NCBI RefSeq assembly: GCF_006345805.1
Contig: NC_043005.1
Coordinates: 109,368,001-109,432,000 of the forward strand
Length of the DNA stretch: 64,000 nucleotides
DNA from: Octopus sinensis
Lineage: Eukaryota
Direction of reading: 5' to 3'
Below are positions 21,508 through 36,380 of this stretch, one piece after another. The notes beneath the pieces were generated by a model, which saw only the letters and a list, made by a program, of their open reading frames with translations, had not been told where the DNA came from and did no database searches. The position numbers and the translations under genes were made by a program. How positions within the stretch are numbered: position 1 is the first letter of the stretch; each line of letters starts with the position of its first letter.

Positions 21508-22848
21508 TACATATATATATACACACATACATACATACATACATACCTACATACATACATACATAAATACAAACATGCACATATAAATGTGTGTATTTAT
21601 GTATGTATTCATGTATATCTGTATGTATGTACAGACATGTATACATGTATTCATGTATGTATGTATACATGTATTTATATATATATATACATACATACAT
21701 ACATAAATACACACTCACAAACATACATACATACACTTACATACATACGTACATACATATATACATACATACACACACACATACACACATACATACATAC
21801 AAACATGCACATATAAATATGTGTATTTATGTATGTATTCATGTATGTCTGCATGTGTATATATGTATGTATATATATATATGTATCTATACATTCATAT
21901 ACATAAAGACACATACACACATATACACATGCTCACTCATTTACACGCACACACATATATATATATATATATATACACCCACACACATTCATATACATAA
22001 AGGCATATGCACTTATATGCACTCATACACACCTATACATATTTACATACATGTAACCCAGTATCACCTTGCACACATTTACACATTCACATACACAGAG
22101 TCATATGCATACATATTCAAATTCACATAATTCACGTACATATACGTACATACAGACACTTACATATATTCAGATGCATGTAGACATATACATACGCATA
22201 CACAGTTTAATATACATATGGATATATTCATACATGCATCTCATATATAGAGATGCATATATATGCATACTTACGCATAGACATATACTCTCTCTCACAC
22301 ACATGCATGTGCGTACACACACATACATACAGACACACATGCACACACACACACATTAACAAGTATTCACATGCACATGCATACACACATATAAGTATAT
22401 ACATATTTGCATACACATAGAATTAATTTGGCACATACATACATTGACATACATATATATATATATATAGATATATACATATACAAGCACACACACACGT
22501 ACATCTACACCAATCAATACACCAAGTTTATATAAAAAAAAATATGCAGTGAACTATAATGAAAATGACAAACCTACAAGAACAACAACAACAACAACAG
22601 ATACAGCAAAAGAAGGTAAACTGAAGTGTTAGATGAAATACAATGATATACACACACATGCATACATAATTACATGTATGCATAAATATACATACATATA
22701 TGTGCATACATATATATATACACACACATATATACATACACATATATAAGTATATAACATATATATATATGTATATACACTTGCATATATATATATATAT
22801 GTATATATACACACATACATACATATATGTGTATATATTATATATCTG

Positions 22849-22879
<31 letters not shown>

Positions 22880-24777
22880 CGTATAATATATATTATATAT
22901 ATATATATAATAGATATATAATATTGTATATATATATATATGTGTGGTGTACATATATATATATATACATGTGTATATATATGTGTATATGTATATATAC
23001 ATTCTGATAGATGGACACTGTCATATATACAATATACAATACATGCACAAACTTTTATTGTATATAGATACACATTTATCTACAATATACACATTTATGC
23101 GTACATTTTTATCTACATATATACATTCACATACAGACGCATGCACATACATGCATCATGAAGCAATATACCAAATCTACATCAACAGAAGCAATAAGAA
23201 AATATCCACAAGAAGAAGGGGCTGGAAACAGTAAAACAACAACAAAAAAAGGGGGTTGGAAATAGTAAAACAACAACAAAAAGAAAATTGCTGGAAAAAC
23301 CTAAAAACAACAACAACGAAAACTGGGGGGGGGAAACTAAAACAACAAATCTATAGGAAGAAACCAAAAGATGAAGACAAAAAGTGAAATGAGAAAAGCT
23401 GAATGAGTGATATGTAAATTGTGACTAGTAATGACTCAGTCGCTAAGCAAGAGACAAGAAGACATTTCTATAGAACCAACACTCAAAACCCCTTCTTTGG
23501 CCAAATGACCTCTGTGACCCTAATTTTATCCTGAAATCTAAACAAAATATGAGAAGGCATTAATTTTCATCTTTCTTTGATTTCTATGTTTACTTTCTTC
23601 CAGACCCTAAATTTACCTTCCTCTTACTCCCTTACCACCCCTCTCCTCTCCCTCTCTGTTTTACTTTCACGTTCATTCATTTTCTTTATCTCTCCATTCA
23701 TCTCTCTCTCTCTTCTTCTCTACCTTTATGTGAGAGCAGGGTGGTGCCATATATTTTTTTATATTTTCTTTCTCTTTTTTTTGTGCTTCTTTTCTTCTCT
23801 TTTATGGCTTTTTCTCTATTTTCTCTATTTTTATTTTTCTATATGTGTTTTTTTTTCCTTCTTCCTCTTCATCTTTGCATTCATCTTTGTATTTCTTTCC
23901 ATTTTCTGAGAAAATTCCATCCAATGACCAGCTGCAATGGCTTTTAAATAATGGCCTTCAATGTATACATACACAGGAGTTTGTGGACAAGAATGCATGT
24001 GTAAAATCACATATGCAACCACACATACACATAAACTCATACACACGCATACATATTTATCTATATAATTATACACCATTTATATACATATACATATGCA
24101 CACATATACACACAACCATGCATATATGTACACAAAAGTCTTATAAACATGCATGCCAACACATTCATATTTACACTCACTTATACATACATAAACCACA
24201 TGCATATACAAACTCATGCATACATTCACTCATAATAAACACATGTACTATTACATAAATACAGATTAGAACATGCAAACATGCACTTACTCATACGCAC
24301 AGACATAACAATGCTGAATCAGACCCATACATAAACACCTTTACAGTAAAATACATACACACATTCAATAACTGTTTCAATATGTGCTGGCCACAAATGG
24401 ACTATAGAAGCAAACCATATATGGACATATATGGACTTGAACAAACATATCAATCACATACATCGGAACGCATAAATACATGTATAATTATACCTGCGCA
24501 TATATTCATATATTCTTAATGTACCAAATTTATACAATCTTTTAGTTAGATGTGTGTTTATTTAGAAAATAAGGGTGTGTACAATTATGTTCATGTGTAT
24601 GGTATGTGTGCATATAAAAATACATATTTATGTGTATGTATGTAAGTATATATATAATAATGTATGTATCTATATGTATATATATATGTATGTATATATA
24701 TATATACACACAGATATATATATTAATGAATATGTGTTTATACGTATGATTATGTGTGTATGCATGTATATATATTT

Positions 24778-24810
<33 letters not shown>

Positions 24811-24859
24811 CACTCACACATACATATACATAGATACATACGTACACATACACACACAT

Positions 24860-24890
<31 letters not shown>

Positions 24891-24940
24891 CATATAGATA
24901 CATATACACATATGTTTATATATATATATATATATATATA
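21320..24940. repeat. Large compound (TACA)n/(TA)n/(CA)n microsatellite fields with A-rich and CT-rich spacers
   Basis: Directly visible; source of the many Tyr/Ile/His/Thr/Cys ORFs. Confidence 0.9.
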
Positions 24941-25619
24941 TTTCTTTTTTTCTAAAACACAAAAGAGTGGAGATTTACACATTCTTTAACCAGCCTACAT
25001 GCATTTCAACTAGATTTGGCATTCTAAAATTCTGTCATGCTGTAATCAAGCATATCACTTGGTTGACTAAGATTCTACAGAGATAGGAAAATTTATCACC
25101 AGCCTATCCTTATGAAAGCCATACAACACAGCTTGGAACATTTTTAGGGAGACAGCAATATTTTATCAGTTCATGCTAGAATTTTAATCTGGTACATAGT
25201 TTCCGTCATCCCACCGTCAAGTGTGAAGAATCTTTATGGCAAAGTTTCTGTCCTATTTAAACTATTACTGACCAACTGAAATACACAGAGGAAGTATATA
25301 GAGCCAGATTACTTAGTAGATGATTATTAAGATTACAGAGAAAATGTCATTTTATCATTATTAATTCTAAATATCTAGTATGAGTAGAAGAGAAGTTGAG
25401 TAAATGAAAACTGTGAATAAAAGTAACCGATAAATGATTATTTGAAAAAATTGTTTTCTGTAAAAGACCAAATTTTTTAAAAGTAAAATGACAGTATTAT
25501 GTTTAGGATAAAGTAAGAGGCGAAGTAAAAATAATGCAAATATCAATTGGAAGTATAAAAAAAAAAAAAAAATTAAAAGTAAATTATATTAGAAATAATG
25601 GAAAAAATTAATTATTCTC

Positions 25620-25809
25620 AGAATTTGAAATAATAATAATAACTATAGGAACTACATAATAACAAAAACAAAAATTAACACCAATGATGATAATGATAAT
25701 AATAATGATAATAATAATAATAATAGAATAATAATAATAATAATAATATAATAATAATAATAGAAGAAGAAGAAGAAGAATAATAATAATAATAATAATA
25801 ATAAAAGAA

Positions 25810-25840
<31 letters not shown>

Positions 25841-25860
25841 AAGAAGAAGAAGAAGAATGT
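25620..25860. repeat. (ATA)n followed by (GAA)n
   Basis: Pure trinucleotide runs. Confidence 0.95.
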
Positions 25861-26900
25861 TAGATTTGGATGTGAGGACAGGCAGCATCTACTTGATGCA
25901 TAAGTTGTATTTTAGTCTCCCTTCATTATACAGTAGTGCAAAACTTATTATAAACCATTTAATAATACCCAACATACACTTTTTGAGACTACAGATAAAT
26001 TTGCTTAAAGAAGTGTAATGTTTTCCTATATTTAAATGTAAAAATATGATTATATAATCTTGACTTTAAATTAGTTGCACAAGCATCTATATAAAAGTAA
26101 ATATATTCTCCTTTTATTACTGAACATTTAGAAACTATGTTTTTCTTGAGGCTTTGGTTATCTAATGGACATATAGGATGATATTTACAATTGCATAACC
26201 TTTTAAACTTATTATTGAGAGATTTTCATCTGAAAATTTGTCTATCCTGCTGTTGTTAGTATTAGATGTTGAACTAGGAATCTCTCCTGAGTGATATATG
26301 TATATTTGATATTGATATTGTTCCTTTTCTTGCTAGATATTTCAGATTCATTATATATAACCCTTGATTGTTTCTTATTACCATTATTCATATTATCACC
26401 ATTATCATTACTATTAACATTATTGTTATTAATATTGTTATTATTATTATTATTATTATAAATACCATTGTTATTGTTACTACTATCCTTATTCCTATTA
26501 TTAAGAGGTTGCCTAAATCCATTTCAACAAATTTTCGTAAGTTTCTTACATTATGAACTACTATAATTTTTGTCAAGATACTAGTTTTTGAATAAGCAAA
26601 TTAAATTGTATGTCTGTTTAATAGTAATGGATTACAATGACTTTCAATGGACAATTTAGTTAGTTAAGTTTCATTTTTTCAGAGTGCTTATAAAGTATTT
26701 GCTGAGATTTTTAATCCCTTTCTCTCTTTGTTACACACACACACTTGTATATACCTGCACAATTCTGAAAGCAATATTAAAAACTTCTGGGTGACCCATT
26801 GCATGTTGATACTCATGCAGAAATAGCAAATTAAACAGAAATCATAGTATAAAGATAAAACCTCATAAAACACCTGGTATAGATGCCATTAGGGTTGAAA

Positions 26901-27567
26901 TATTGGGTTGTCTGGAAAGTTCATGCCGATTTTTAAAGGAAAGAAAAAGGTCAATAAATACTTTCCATTACATTTTTCATCAACCAAATATGAACCATTT
27001 TGTTGCACAATGTGTCTCCATCTTTCCTTTAACTTGAAAATACCCTCTTCCCAGAATTGAGGTGGTTTCATGGCAAAAAATTAATCAAGGCATCTTTTAA
27101 CATCATCCAAGGAATTTAAATTTTTATTATTAAGACTCTTCTGCAGAGACCTGAATAAGTGGAAATCTGAAGGAGCAATATCTGGTGAATATGGAGGGTG
27201 GGGTAACACATCACAGCCGAGCTGTAGCAATTTTTGTCTGGTTCCCATAGCGTCAAGTGCCGAGCTGAAGGAGCAATATCTGGTGAATATGGAGGGTGGG
27301 GTAACACATCTCAGCCGAGCTGCAGCAATTTTTGTCTGGTTCCCATAGCATCAAGTGCCGAAAATGAACTTACTTATCTTCCATTTTAAAGGGTTACAGA
27401 ATTAACACAGGTTATAGGAACAGAAACCTTCTTCTATGAAAAGATAGCTTAAACTGTGCTCTAAATGGAGGTGTAGTCAAATCCTATTTTATGGATTCAG
27501 CTATGTTCTAAAATAAGTTAAAAGGTAAGCTACGATAAATCAGCATGAACTTTTCGGACAACCCATA
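26901..27567 (-). mobile_element. Internally deleted mariner transposon with both TIRs
   Basis: TIRs tattgggttgtctggaaagttcatgccg / cagcatgaacttttcggacaacccata with TA ends; minus strand has MEDK*VHFRHLMLWE joined to RQKLLQLG..VLPHPPYSPDIAPSDFHLFRSLQ..FWEEGIFKLKERWRHIVQQNGSY. Confidence 0.9.
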
Positions 27568-29114
27568 CAAAAATCAAGAGGACATTACTTGGCTAATATG
27601 CTGCACACAATATTCAATATGTTATGGAAAACAGATATGGTATGAAAAAGTGGGTCTGTATATTGACAACAATAGTGTATATAGAATGGCAAGTAGAAAA
27701 TACTTAACAACAGCAGAGTAGTTTCTCTCTCATCAATAACAATAACGGTGTTCAGAAGAAAGCTTCTTGATAGATATTAAATCTGACCGAAGTACCCTAT
27801 AGTCAAATAGATAACTACGAAACTGTAAAAATATTAAGTGTTCTTGTTTAATTACATTGATTTTAAAGATGTTCGTGATTCATTCTAATAGAAGGCCTTT
27901 GGGAGATGATGACAGCAATATGTTAGATGAATATATTTTTGAGGCATTTTTTTGCCATTTGATTTCCTTCCTGTTGCTAACCCTTATATGTTTTTCACAC
28001 AAGAGATCTCTTATTTCACATGTCTTCAAAGGTATGATATGAGTGAATAATTCGTTGACAGAAGTAACGTCAGCAGCACTGCTTGTAGCTCATGACTTTC
28101 AGCTTCCACTTACATTTGACCCAATAACAGGGAGGGCTGAGCATGAAAATATACAGCTAGAAAGCAAGTCTCTTGAACACGCGACCGTTACTGTGGCTTT
28201 GTATTTTGACTTCAATGAGATTCAGACTCTTGAACTCAGAATGTAAACAGCTGGGATAAATACCACAATCTAAGGATTCTTCTGCATTACTACCATATTT
28301 ATTCTTATTTATTTTAAGCCTCCCTTCAATTTCTTTTTAAAATGGCTGTTTACACATTACACAAATACAGATTCCTTTATCATAGGTTTCATTCTGAACA
28401 TACAGTTCAATAAACTCCAATTCTGAACTCTGATACAAAGCTTTCCTTCATTTTCCACAAATCCATTTTATTCATTTTTTTAAACGTATTTCCAAGCACA
28501 AAACTGTTACAGTACAGCAATATTCATACATTATACAAGTGAATGAAACATAGCCATTGTTGTTTCGAAAGTCAGAAGCAAACATTAAAACAATTTAACA
28601 CAATTAGAAATTGCGTCTGCTAAAGACATGAGACGCTGTAGATAAGAGACCACAATAATAATAATAATAGTAAAAATAATGGAAGAAGAGATATTGCAAG
28701 GCAACTATAGATAATTACAAGAAAAGATAAAATTGCATTGACTGTTTTACATTGTATATGAGGAACTATTGGAACAATTTCAAAGAATAAAACAATGAAT
28801 TTGAAGAAAAAAACAATGTAATTGAATTATATTAGGAAGATGGAAGCTAAATGTTCAAAGTGTGATTCAAAGATATCCTTAGATGGAAGGACATCATGCC
28901 ATTCAAAAACAATTCCTAAGTTCCATGCATTGTTGTGGTAATGAAAAGATGATGGTTCTATTTTGTGATAATGGACATGTTTTCTACCACATATTTCCTG
29001 ATCCAACACCGGAACTGGAAAAACTTTTAATTTTAACTATTGCAAAGAATACTAGCTTTAGATTTTATATTCAAGCTTATAAATCAGCTTTAGTTTTCAC
29101 ATCCACAGAACTCA

Positions 29115-29413
29115 ATTTTTTTGTTTGTTCCTTCTCAAGCCATCCCTGGCTCATAAGGGCCGGTTTCCCCGGTTTCCTTGGCATATAGGTTCCGCACCAG
29201 GATGGGACGCAGGTGAGCTGCTAGATGCAGGAGGAAAGAGTGAGAGAAAGTTGTGGCGAAAGAGTCAGCAGAAGTTCACCATTACCTTCTGCCAGAGCCG
29301 CGTGGAGCTTAGGTGTTTCGCTCATAAACACACACATCGCCCGGTCTGAGATTCGAACCCACAATCCCTCGACCGCATGTCCGCTGCTCTAACCGTTAGT
29401 CCATGTGCCTCCA
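29115..29413 (-). mobile_element. tRNA-derived SINE, family R, with 11-bp TSD
   Basis: Head gtggaggcacatggactaacggttagagcagcggacatgcggtcgagggattgtgggttcgaatctc; TSD cacagaactca at 29104-29114 and 29414-29424. Confidence 0.9.
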
Positions 29414-29723
29414 CACAGAACTCATAAAACATAGGAAGAAGAATTCAGACATCAGTGGTATGTATTTCCTTATTATATGTAGTAAGATGCTACATCAATT
29501 AACTTTCAGTTCAGTTCATACAGAAATGTGAGACCTGGGATTGCTCAAATATAATTCTTTCTTACATCATATTACATCATATTACATCATATTAACTAGA
29601 TGAAATCACACAAATACTCAACACTATTAACAGATATACTATGCAATCACTTCAAGTAATTATAATACAAGATAAAAAGTTTGCAAATCCATTCCAGGAA
29701 AACAGCAAACAATTCTTGGACAC

Positions 29724-29951
29724 TTAACCCTTTAGTGTTTAAACCGGCCATATCCGGCCAAAATATTCTACGTATTTTATGTTCAAACTAGTCAGATATG
29801 GTCATTCATAGCTACCTTATTGTGTCATTTTAAAAATAAACAATCACATCATTGAAATCTCAAAGCCATGAAATGATGCAAGATTAATTTTACATGGTGT
29901 GAATACATAAGCTTTACATTTGACAGAATAATCTGAATGCTAAAGGGTTAA
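29724..29951. mobile_element. piggyBac-type MITE
   Basis: TTAA|CCCTTTAG ... CTAAAGGG|TTAA termini. Confidence 0.85.
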
Positions 29952-30374
29952 AATTCAAGAATTTTCACTGGTTATTCATCAAAGTAAACAGATAAGATTC
30001 TATTGGCCCACAGCAGAAGTTGTAGACATTCTCTCTCATGCAATGGAAATAGAGGAATAGTAGAAAAGGCTGCTCTTCAAATAGGTCCTGTGGACCGTGT
30101 CACAATACTAAAGGGATGATAAAATCATGACAGTATTCCTCTACAAGTATTTTGCAAGACAACGAAAGGCACCTGAAGTTTTTCCAACAAATTTAGAAAG
30201 CAGAAACGTATACTCTGGATTCACCAAAACATTATGTCACTGTAGAACACACTGCTTTTAAGAGACAAGTACATGCACGCACACACATGCACATGCACAC
30301 ACATACACATGCATGCACGCACACACGCATACAAGCATGCATGCACACACATACATGTACATGTATACATACGC

Positions 30375-30585
30375 ATGCCAAAATTGACTTTGCCAGTGCT
30401 CATGACACGTAAAAAGCACCCAGTCCACACTGTTGGGTGGTTGGTGTTATGAAGGACATCCTACCGTAAAAACCATGCCAAAACAGACACAGAGGTCCGG
30501 TGCTGTGTCCTGCTTGGCCAACTCCTGCCAAATTCTCTGACCCATGACAGCATGAAAGGCAGACGTTAAACAACAATGATGAGGA
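30375..30585 (+). mobile_element. RTE-type LINE 3' UTR fragment
   Basis: gacacgtaaaaagcaccc..tgaaggacatcctaccgtaaaaaccatgccaaaacagac..acccatgacagcatgaaaggcagacgttaaacaacaatgatg. Confidence 0.7.
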
Positions 30586-30594
30586 TAAGGACAT

Positions 30595-30630
<36 letters not shown>

Positions 30631-30769
30631 CATACAAAATTTAAAGGACTGACCACTAAAAGTGGACGGTCAACAGGCTAGATATAGACGTCAAAATCGC
30701 TATTTTTCACAAAGAATGTGTTCTCAAATAAAAAAACTCAGCACAAACCAAAGCATTCTACCCTTATTA

Positions 30770-30802
<33 letters not shown>

Positions 30803-30954
30803 CCAATATGGAAAACAGACATTAAATGATGATGGAGATAATAATAATGATGATAATGATGATGATGATATACAAACATGCGTAGCATACGTAAATTACA
30901 TATCTAACTGGTACTAACTTATAATGAAAAGTGCTCCAGATGACCTGATCAATG

Positions 30955-31190
30955 AAAAAGCCTGCTTCTGAAATTGATGTGCAAGTGGCTGAGTGCTCCA
31001 CAAACACTTGTATCCTTAATGTAGTTCATAAGAAGATTTAATATGACACAGACTGCGATGTGATCGGCCCTTTGAATTACAAATACAACTTATTTTTGCC
31101 AGCTGAGGGGTGTGGAGCAATGTGAAATAATGTGTCTTGCACCAACACACAAAGCATCACCAGGAATTAAACTCTTGATTTTCGGAAGAT
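30955..31190 (-). mobile_element. Older SINE, family E
   Basis: gcctgcttctgaaattgatgtgcaagtggctgagtgctccacaaacac..ggccctttgaattaca..ggagcaatgtgaaataatgtgtcttgc. Confidence 0.65.
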
Positions 31191-31420
31191 ATCAATGCAA
31201 ATTTCTTCTGATGTAATTCCTGTCAACCAAAGACAAGCTTCCTTTAAAGAAGCTCTTCCTCATTCCAGCCCTTTAGTTTCATCTTGTGTCTTATGAGACA
31301 CATAAGAGGCGAAATATTCTAAAACCAACAATGGAAATATATGTGTGCATATTGCAAGTTTGCTGATGTCTGTACAAAGGTGTATAATAGGTTTATCTCT
31401 GTGTATATACACATAAGTAT

Positions 31421-31451
<31 letters not shown>

Positions 31452-31819
31452 GTAACTGTTTTGAGAAGGAATATGATTAATCAGAAATTGTCACAAAGTT
31501 ATGGTTTACACAAAGAAGAAGAGTTCAAGAGGAACTTGAGACAAAACATAAAAATATATAATAAATATATATGTATGTATATATGTATCTATGTATGTAG
31601 AGGAATTTTGTGTAGTGGTGAGCACAACGAGCACAGCAACAGGATTTATGCAGATGCAGCATTTGAATTCTGTATGCAATATAACAACATTTTTAATCCC
31701 TTACTTGACAAACAAATAAAGAATGGCAACAGAAAGACCAACAACTAGTTGTAAAAATCCTGCCTCAGTTTCCTCCTATCTAAGACACACAAGCATGGAC
31801 AAAAACAGATGTTAAGCAA

Positions 31820-31920
31820 AATACCTATGTGTGTGTATGTATGTATGTATATATAATATATAGATATATATATATGTTATATATATACGAGAAAGAAGCA
31901 CAAGAATGGATTGGTTTTTA

Positions 31921-31977
<57 letters not shown>

Positions 31978-31984
31978 TATATAT

Positions 31985-32030
<46 letters not shown>

Positions 32031-32173
32031 ACATATATATATATGTAGATATTATATATATAACATATATATATATGTAGATATATATATATATATACAA
32101 TATATATATGTATATATCTACATATATATATATGTAGATATATATTATTATATATACATATATATATATGTAG

Positions 32174-32204
<31 letters not shown>

Positions 32205-32321
32205 TATATGTAGAGATAATATATATAATATATATACATATATATATATGTAGATATATATATATATATAATATATATATATGTAGATATATATATATAT
32301 ATACATATATATATATGTAGA

Positions 32322-32352
<31 letters not shown>

Positions 32353-32361
32353 GTAGATATA

Positions 32362-32418
<57 letters not shown>

Positions 32419-32482
32419 CATATATATATATACATATAATATATATATACATAATATATATATACATATATATATATATACA

Positions 32483-32521
<39 letters not shown>

Positions 32522-32586
32522 TATATACATATATATATATACATATATATATATAATATATATATATATTATATACATATATATAC

Positions 32587-32617
<31 letters not shown>

Positions 32618-32619
32618 AC

Positions 32620-32651
<32 letters not shown>

Positions 32652-32661
32652 CATATATAAA

Positions 32662-32710
<49 letters not shown>

Positions 32711-33053
32711 CATATATGTATCTGTATGTGTGTGTGTATAAATTTGCACACACCGACACACAGGAGCCGATATATATATATGACTGGACTGTGACATATA
32801 ATGATTGATTAGTAGTTCAGCACATCCTGTATATACAAAGCCAGCTTTATCCAGGGCAATTCACTAAATTTTGCTGCTGCTGCTACCCCACAACCACCAC
32901 CAACACCACCACCTTCACCAACAACAACAACAACAATGAGTCAATAGCCATCACCACTGTCTTTTTAATCTCTCTATAACTATTACAATGGTGGTATTTG
33001 TTTTTGATCTATCCATCTATCTATCTATCGATGTGTATGCATGCCTATGTATG

Positions 33054-33087
<34 letters not shown>

Positions 33088-33124
33088 TATATAGATAGAT
33101 AGATACATACATACATACTTATGC

Positions 33125-33155
<31 letters not shown>

Positions 33156-33592
33156 CATATACACACACACATATATATACATATATGCATACATATATGT
33201 GTGTGTGTGTATAATAATATATATATATGCATAAGTATGTATGTATGTATGTATGTATCTATATATATATATATACAAAAGTATATACATATATTTATAC
33301 ATTATACATATATACCTTTAAGTACATATGTACATATATGTGTATGTGAAGGAGTGTGTTTGTATTTATGTATATGTATTTATATTGAGATAGATAAAGA
33401 CAGAGAGAGAGGTGAAGAGAGAGAAAGAGAGAGAGAGAGATAGAAAGGTAGAAAGTGGGGGAGAGATGAAATGAGGAGAATTACAAGGACAGGAATTATG
33501 AGGCACAGTGAGACAATCAAATATGTCTATATGTATTAATATATAAATAAGTGTATGTGTGTGTATATACATGCATACACCTCTTACATAGT

Positions 33593-33646
<54 letters not shown>

Positions 33647-33752
33647 TATATATGCGTTTGTGTGTATGTGTGTATTTGTATAAATATATATATAATCATA
33701 TTTGCATAAACATCAGCTCAGTACATTATGTATGATTATAAGCCATGTTGAC

Positions 33753-33786
<34 letters not shown>

Positions 33787-33857
33787 GTGTATACAAACAT
33801 ATATGCATATTTGTACATATATAGATAGATATATATATATGTATATATATGCAGGTG

Positions 33858-33888
<31 letters not shown>

Positions 33889-34383
33889 GTTATATATATG
33901 TGTGTGTATATATATATATATATATGTGTGTGTGTATGAAGAGAGAGAGAAAGAGAAATACAACTACCTCCACTTACACACGCCACCATATATGTATTTA
34001 TATTTATATATACATGCGAGTGTATGTAGGCATGTTTATATACGTGCATATTTAGATGGATATAAAGAACAATGACAGAAGGAAAACACAATTTCCCAGG
34101 AGGATATCTCGATGTATAAGCTAATTGTGTAATACAGTGCCACGTACACACACATACGCATGCATGCATGCATACACACTCACACATACACACAGATGCA
34201 CACATGCGTTCACATTTTGCCTACCTGCTAGGATAGGCAAGGGAAATTCAATCAGCGTCCATACACTCCACATCCTTGCATTTCTGTCACTGTACACGTG
34301 TCATATCACATGTAATGATGAAGTCTTTTATATGTCAGACACTCTCTTACATCATCTAGGAATTTTTTCACTTCATTCTCAGT

Positions 34384-34438
<55 letters not shown>

Positions 34439-34807
34439 ACTCTTTGGGCCTTTTCCCACATTCTCTCTCTCGCTCTCTTTCTCTAACTTTCTTTGTACTT
34501 ATTTGTATTATACTTTGAGTCAGTGTATTGCTATCTCTCTCTTTATATATCCTTATGAGTGTGTATGTGTATTGTGTGTCTGCGCAATATATACATATGT
34601 ATATGTGTGTGTATATAAAAACATACATATATATATATACACATATACATATGTATATATATGTATATATATACATATATATATATATACACATACATAT
34701 ACATATGTATATGCATGTATATATATATACACATATACATATGTATATATATGTATATATATACATATATATATATATACACATACATATACATATGTAT
34801 ATGCATG

Positions 34808-34858
<51 letters not shown>

Positions 34859-35130
34859 GCATATATATGTATATACATAAGTATATATATATATATAAAT
34901 ATATACATATATATATACAGATATACATATATATATATATATAATATATATATATATACATATATACATACATATATATATGTGTATGTATATATATATA
35001 TGTACATATATGCTAAATTATATATATGTATGTGTATGTGTGTATATACATATGTGCATGTGTGTGTCTATGTGTGTGTGTGTGTGTGCATGTGTGTGTG
35101 AGTGTGTGTGCATGTGTGTGTGTGTGTATC
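31820..35130. repeat. Very long (TA)n-dominated compound microsatellite fields with (CA)n, (GA)n, (CT)n
   Basis: Directly visible; includes a locally duplicated TA/CA unit at about 34620-34800. Confidence 0.9.
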
Positions 35131-36189
35131 TATATAATGCCTGTGTCCAAGGAAACTGAGGATGGTCTGTCATAGCAAAAATTTTATTTATTGGTATCAA
35201 ACTAAAATTACTTTTGTGCTAAGTTTGAATGAAGAAAAGTTTTCCAAGTCTCCTTCACAGTGCTTCTTTGGAGGACAAGTAACAAGTAATGTTTTTCTTT
35301 ATTCTCAATCCCTGGAGAGATTGAACACAGTACCACGACGACCACCACCACCACCATCACGACGACGACGACGACCACCACCGCCATCGATTTGTTTGAC
35401 TAAAACCCTTCGAGGCAATGCTCCAGCATGGCTGAAGTCAAATGACTGAAACAAATAAAAGAGTAAAAGAATATATTTTAAAGCTAGTTTATGCTCAGTG
35501 GTGCAATGTTTAAAAAAGAAGAATTATAATCAATTAAGACCAAATCCATTGATTTGATTTATATTTGATTACTTCTTTATTTGCACTTGTCCCAGAATGG
35601 TAATGTCAACTTTGACAAGCATTGAACTCCCAACATTAAGAGACATGACTAAATTACATATTGTCAGTTTACCTGGAACTCTAGATCTTTTGTCACATCA
35701 CAGTTCTGTTATTTTTTTATAGCCACAAAACCATGAATATTGGTTTCAGATTTTGGCACAAGACCAGTCATTTTAGGGGGCGAGTTGATTACATTGACCC
35801 CATTGTTCAACTGGTACTTATTTCATTGACCCCCAAAAAACAAAGGCAAAGTCAACACAAAACTATGAATATTAACAACAAGGAACAACAATCAATGGAC
35901 CCTGGTACTTAGCTGGTACTTTGTTTTTCAACCCCAAACATGAAATACTAAATAGCAAAGGAAAGTTACTCAAGGCCACAAAATATACTGTTTCTGCAAT
36001 TCTGCAGCAATCTATCAAGCTGAGATATGGGCTTTTATTGCTCAGTTGAATAATTAGAAATATCAGTCAAATCTTCTTAAAATCACATCTTCAAATTTCA
36101 AAAAGAAAAGGCAAAAATGGAAGAACATACTGTATAATGCTGTCTAGGTTACACTAATCCTGGAAAAATAGATGTGGTGGTCAAGGCTG

Positions 36190-36380
36190 GAACATAATTA
36201 ACTTTATAGCATTCAAACTGGTCATATCTGGCCTCACACCTACCCTGCAATGTCATTCTTAACATAAACAATCACATCGTTAAAATCTCAAAATTGCAAG
36301 ATAAATACATAATTAATTAAAAATAACATGATTAAATAAGCAATGCATTCAACAAAATAATCTGTATGCTAAAGGGTAAA
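36190..36380. mobile_element. Older copy of the piggyBac-type MITE
   Basis: ttcaaactggtcatatctggcctcacacctaccctgcaatgtcattc..taatctgtatgctaaagggtaaa. Confidence 0.55.

Larger units (their letters stand above)
28883..30180 (+). mobile_element. Helitron RepHel N-terminal relic, split by a SINE and a MITE
   Basis: CCGNEKMMVLFCDNGHVFYHIFPDPTPELEKLL..SFRFYIQAYKSALVFTS, then GMYFLIICSKMLHQL, PGIAQI, MQSLQVII..NPF and IRFYWPTAEVVDI follow the Helitron order CC.NGKV..FP.PP..L..LL / FR..IR.YNSAL.FTS / G.Y.F.I.G..YH / P.FAQLY / LQ.ML..NPY / RRYN.PT..EVA. Confidence 0.6.

Noticed and set aside
27857-28246. Two adjacent plus ORFs (61 and 67 aa) with an AAG|gtatga donor, and a minus gtaagt donor near 28110
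   Set aside because: No recognisable domain, conflicting strands, and lengths within chance expectation.
28827-29014. Apparent minus-strand terminal exon (acceptor aagtttttccag, PVLDQEICGRKHVHYH..LASIFLI*, AATAAA at 28467-28472)
   Set aside because: The opposite strand carries an ordered series of Helitron motifs that continues across two insertions, which explains the sequence better. The peptide matches no family I recognise, and HVHYH resembles a HIT motif only superficially.
36132-36160. 29-nt minus-strand exon with good acceptor and gtatgt donor
   Set aside because: Stops in all three frames; could only be UTR, and there is no supporting evidence.
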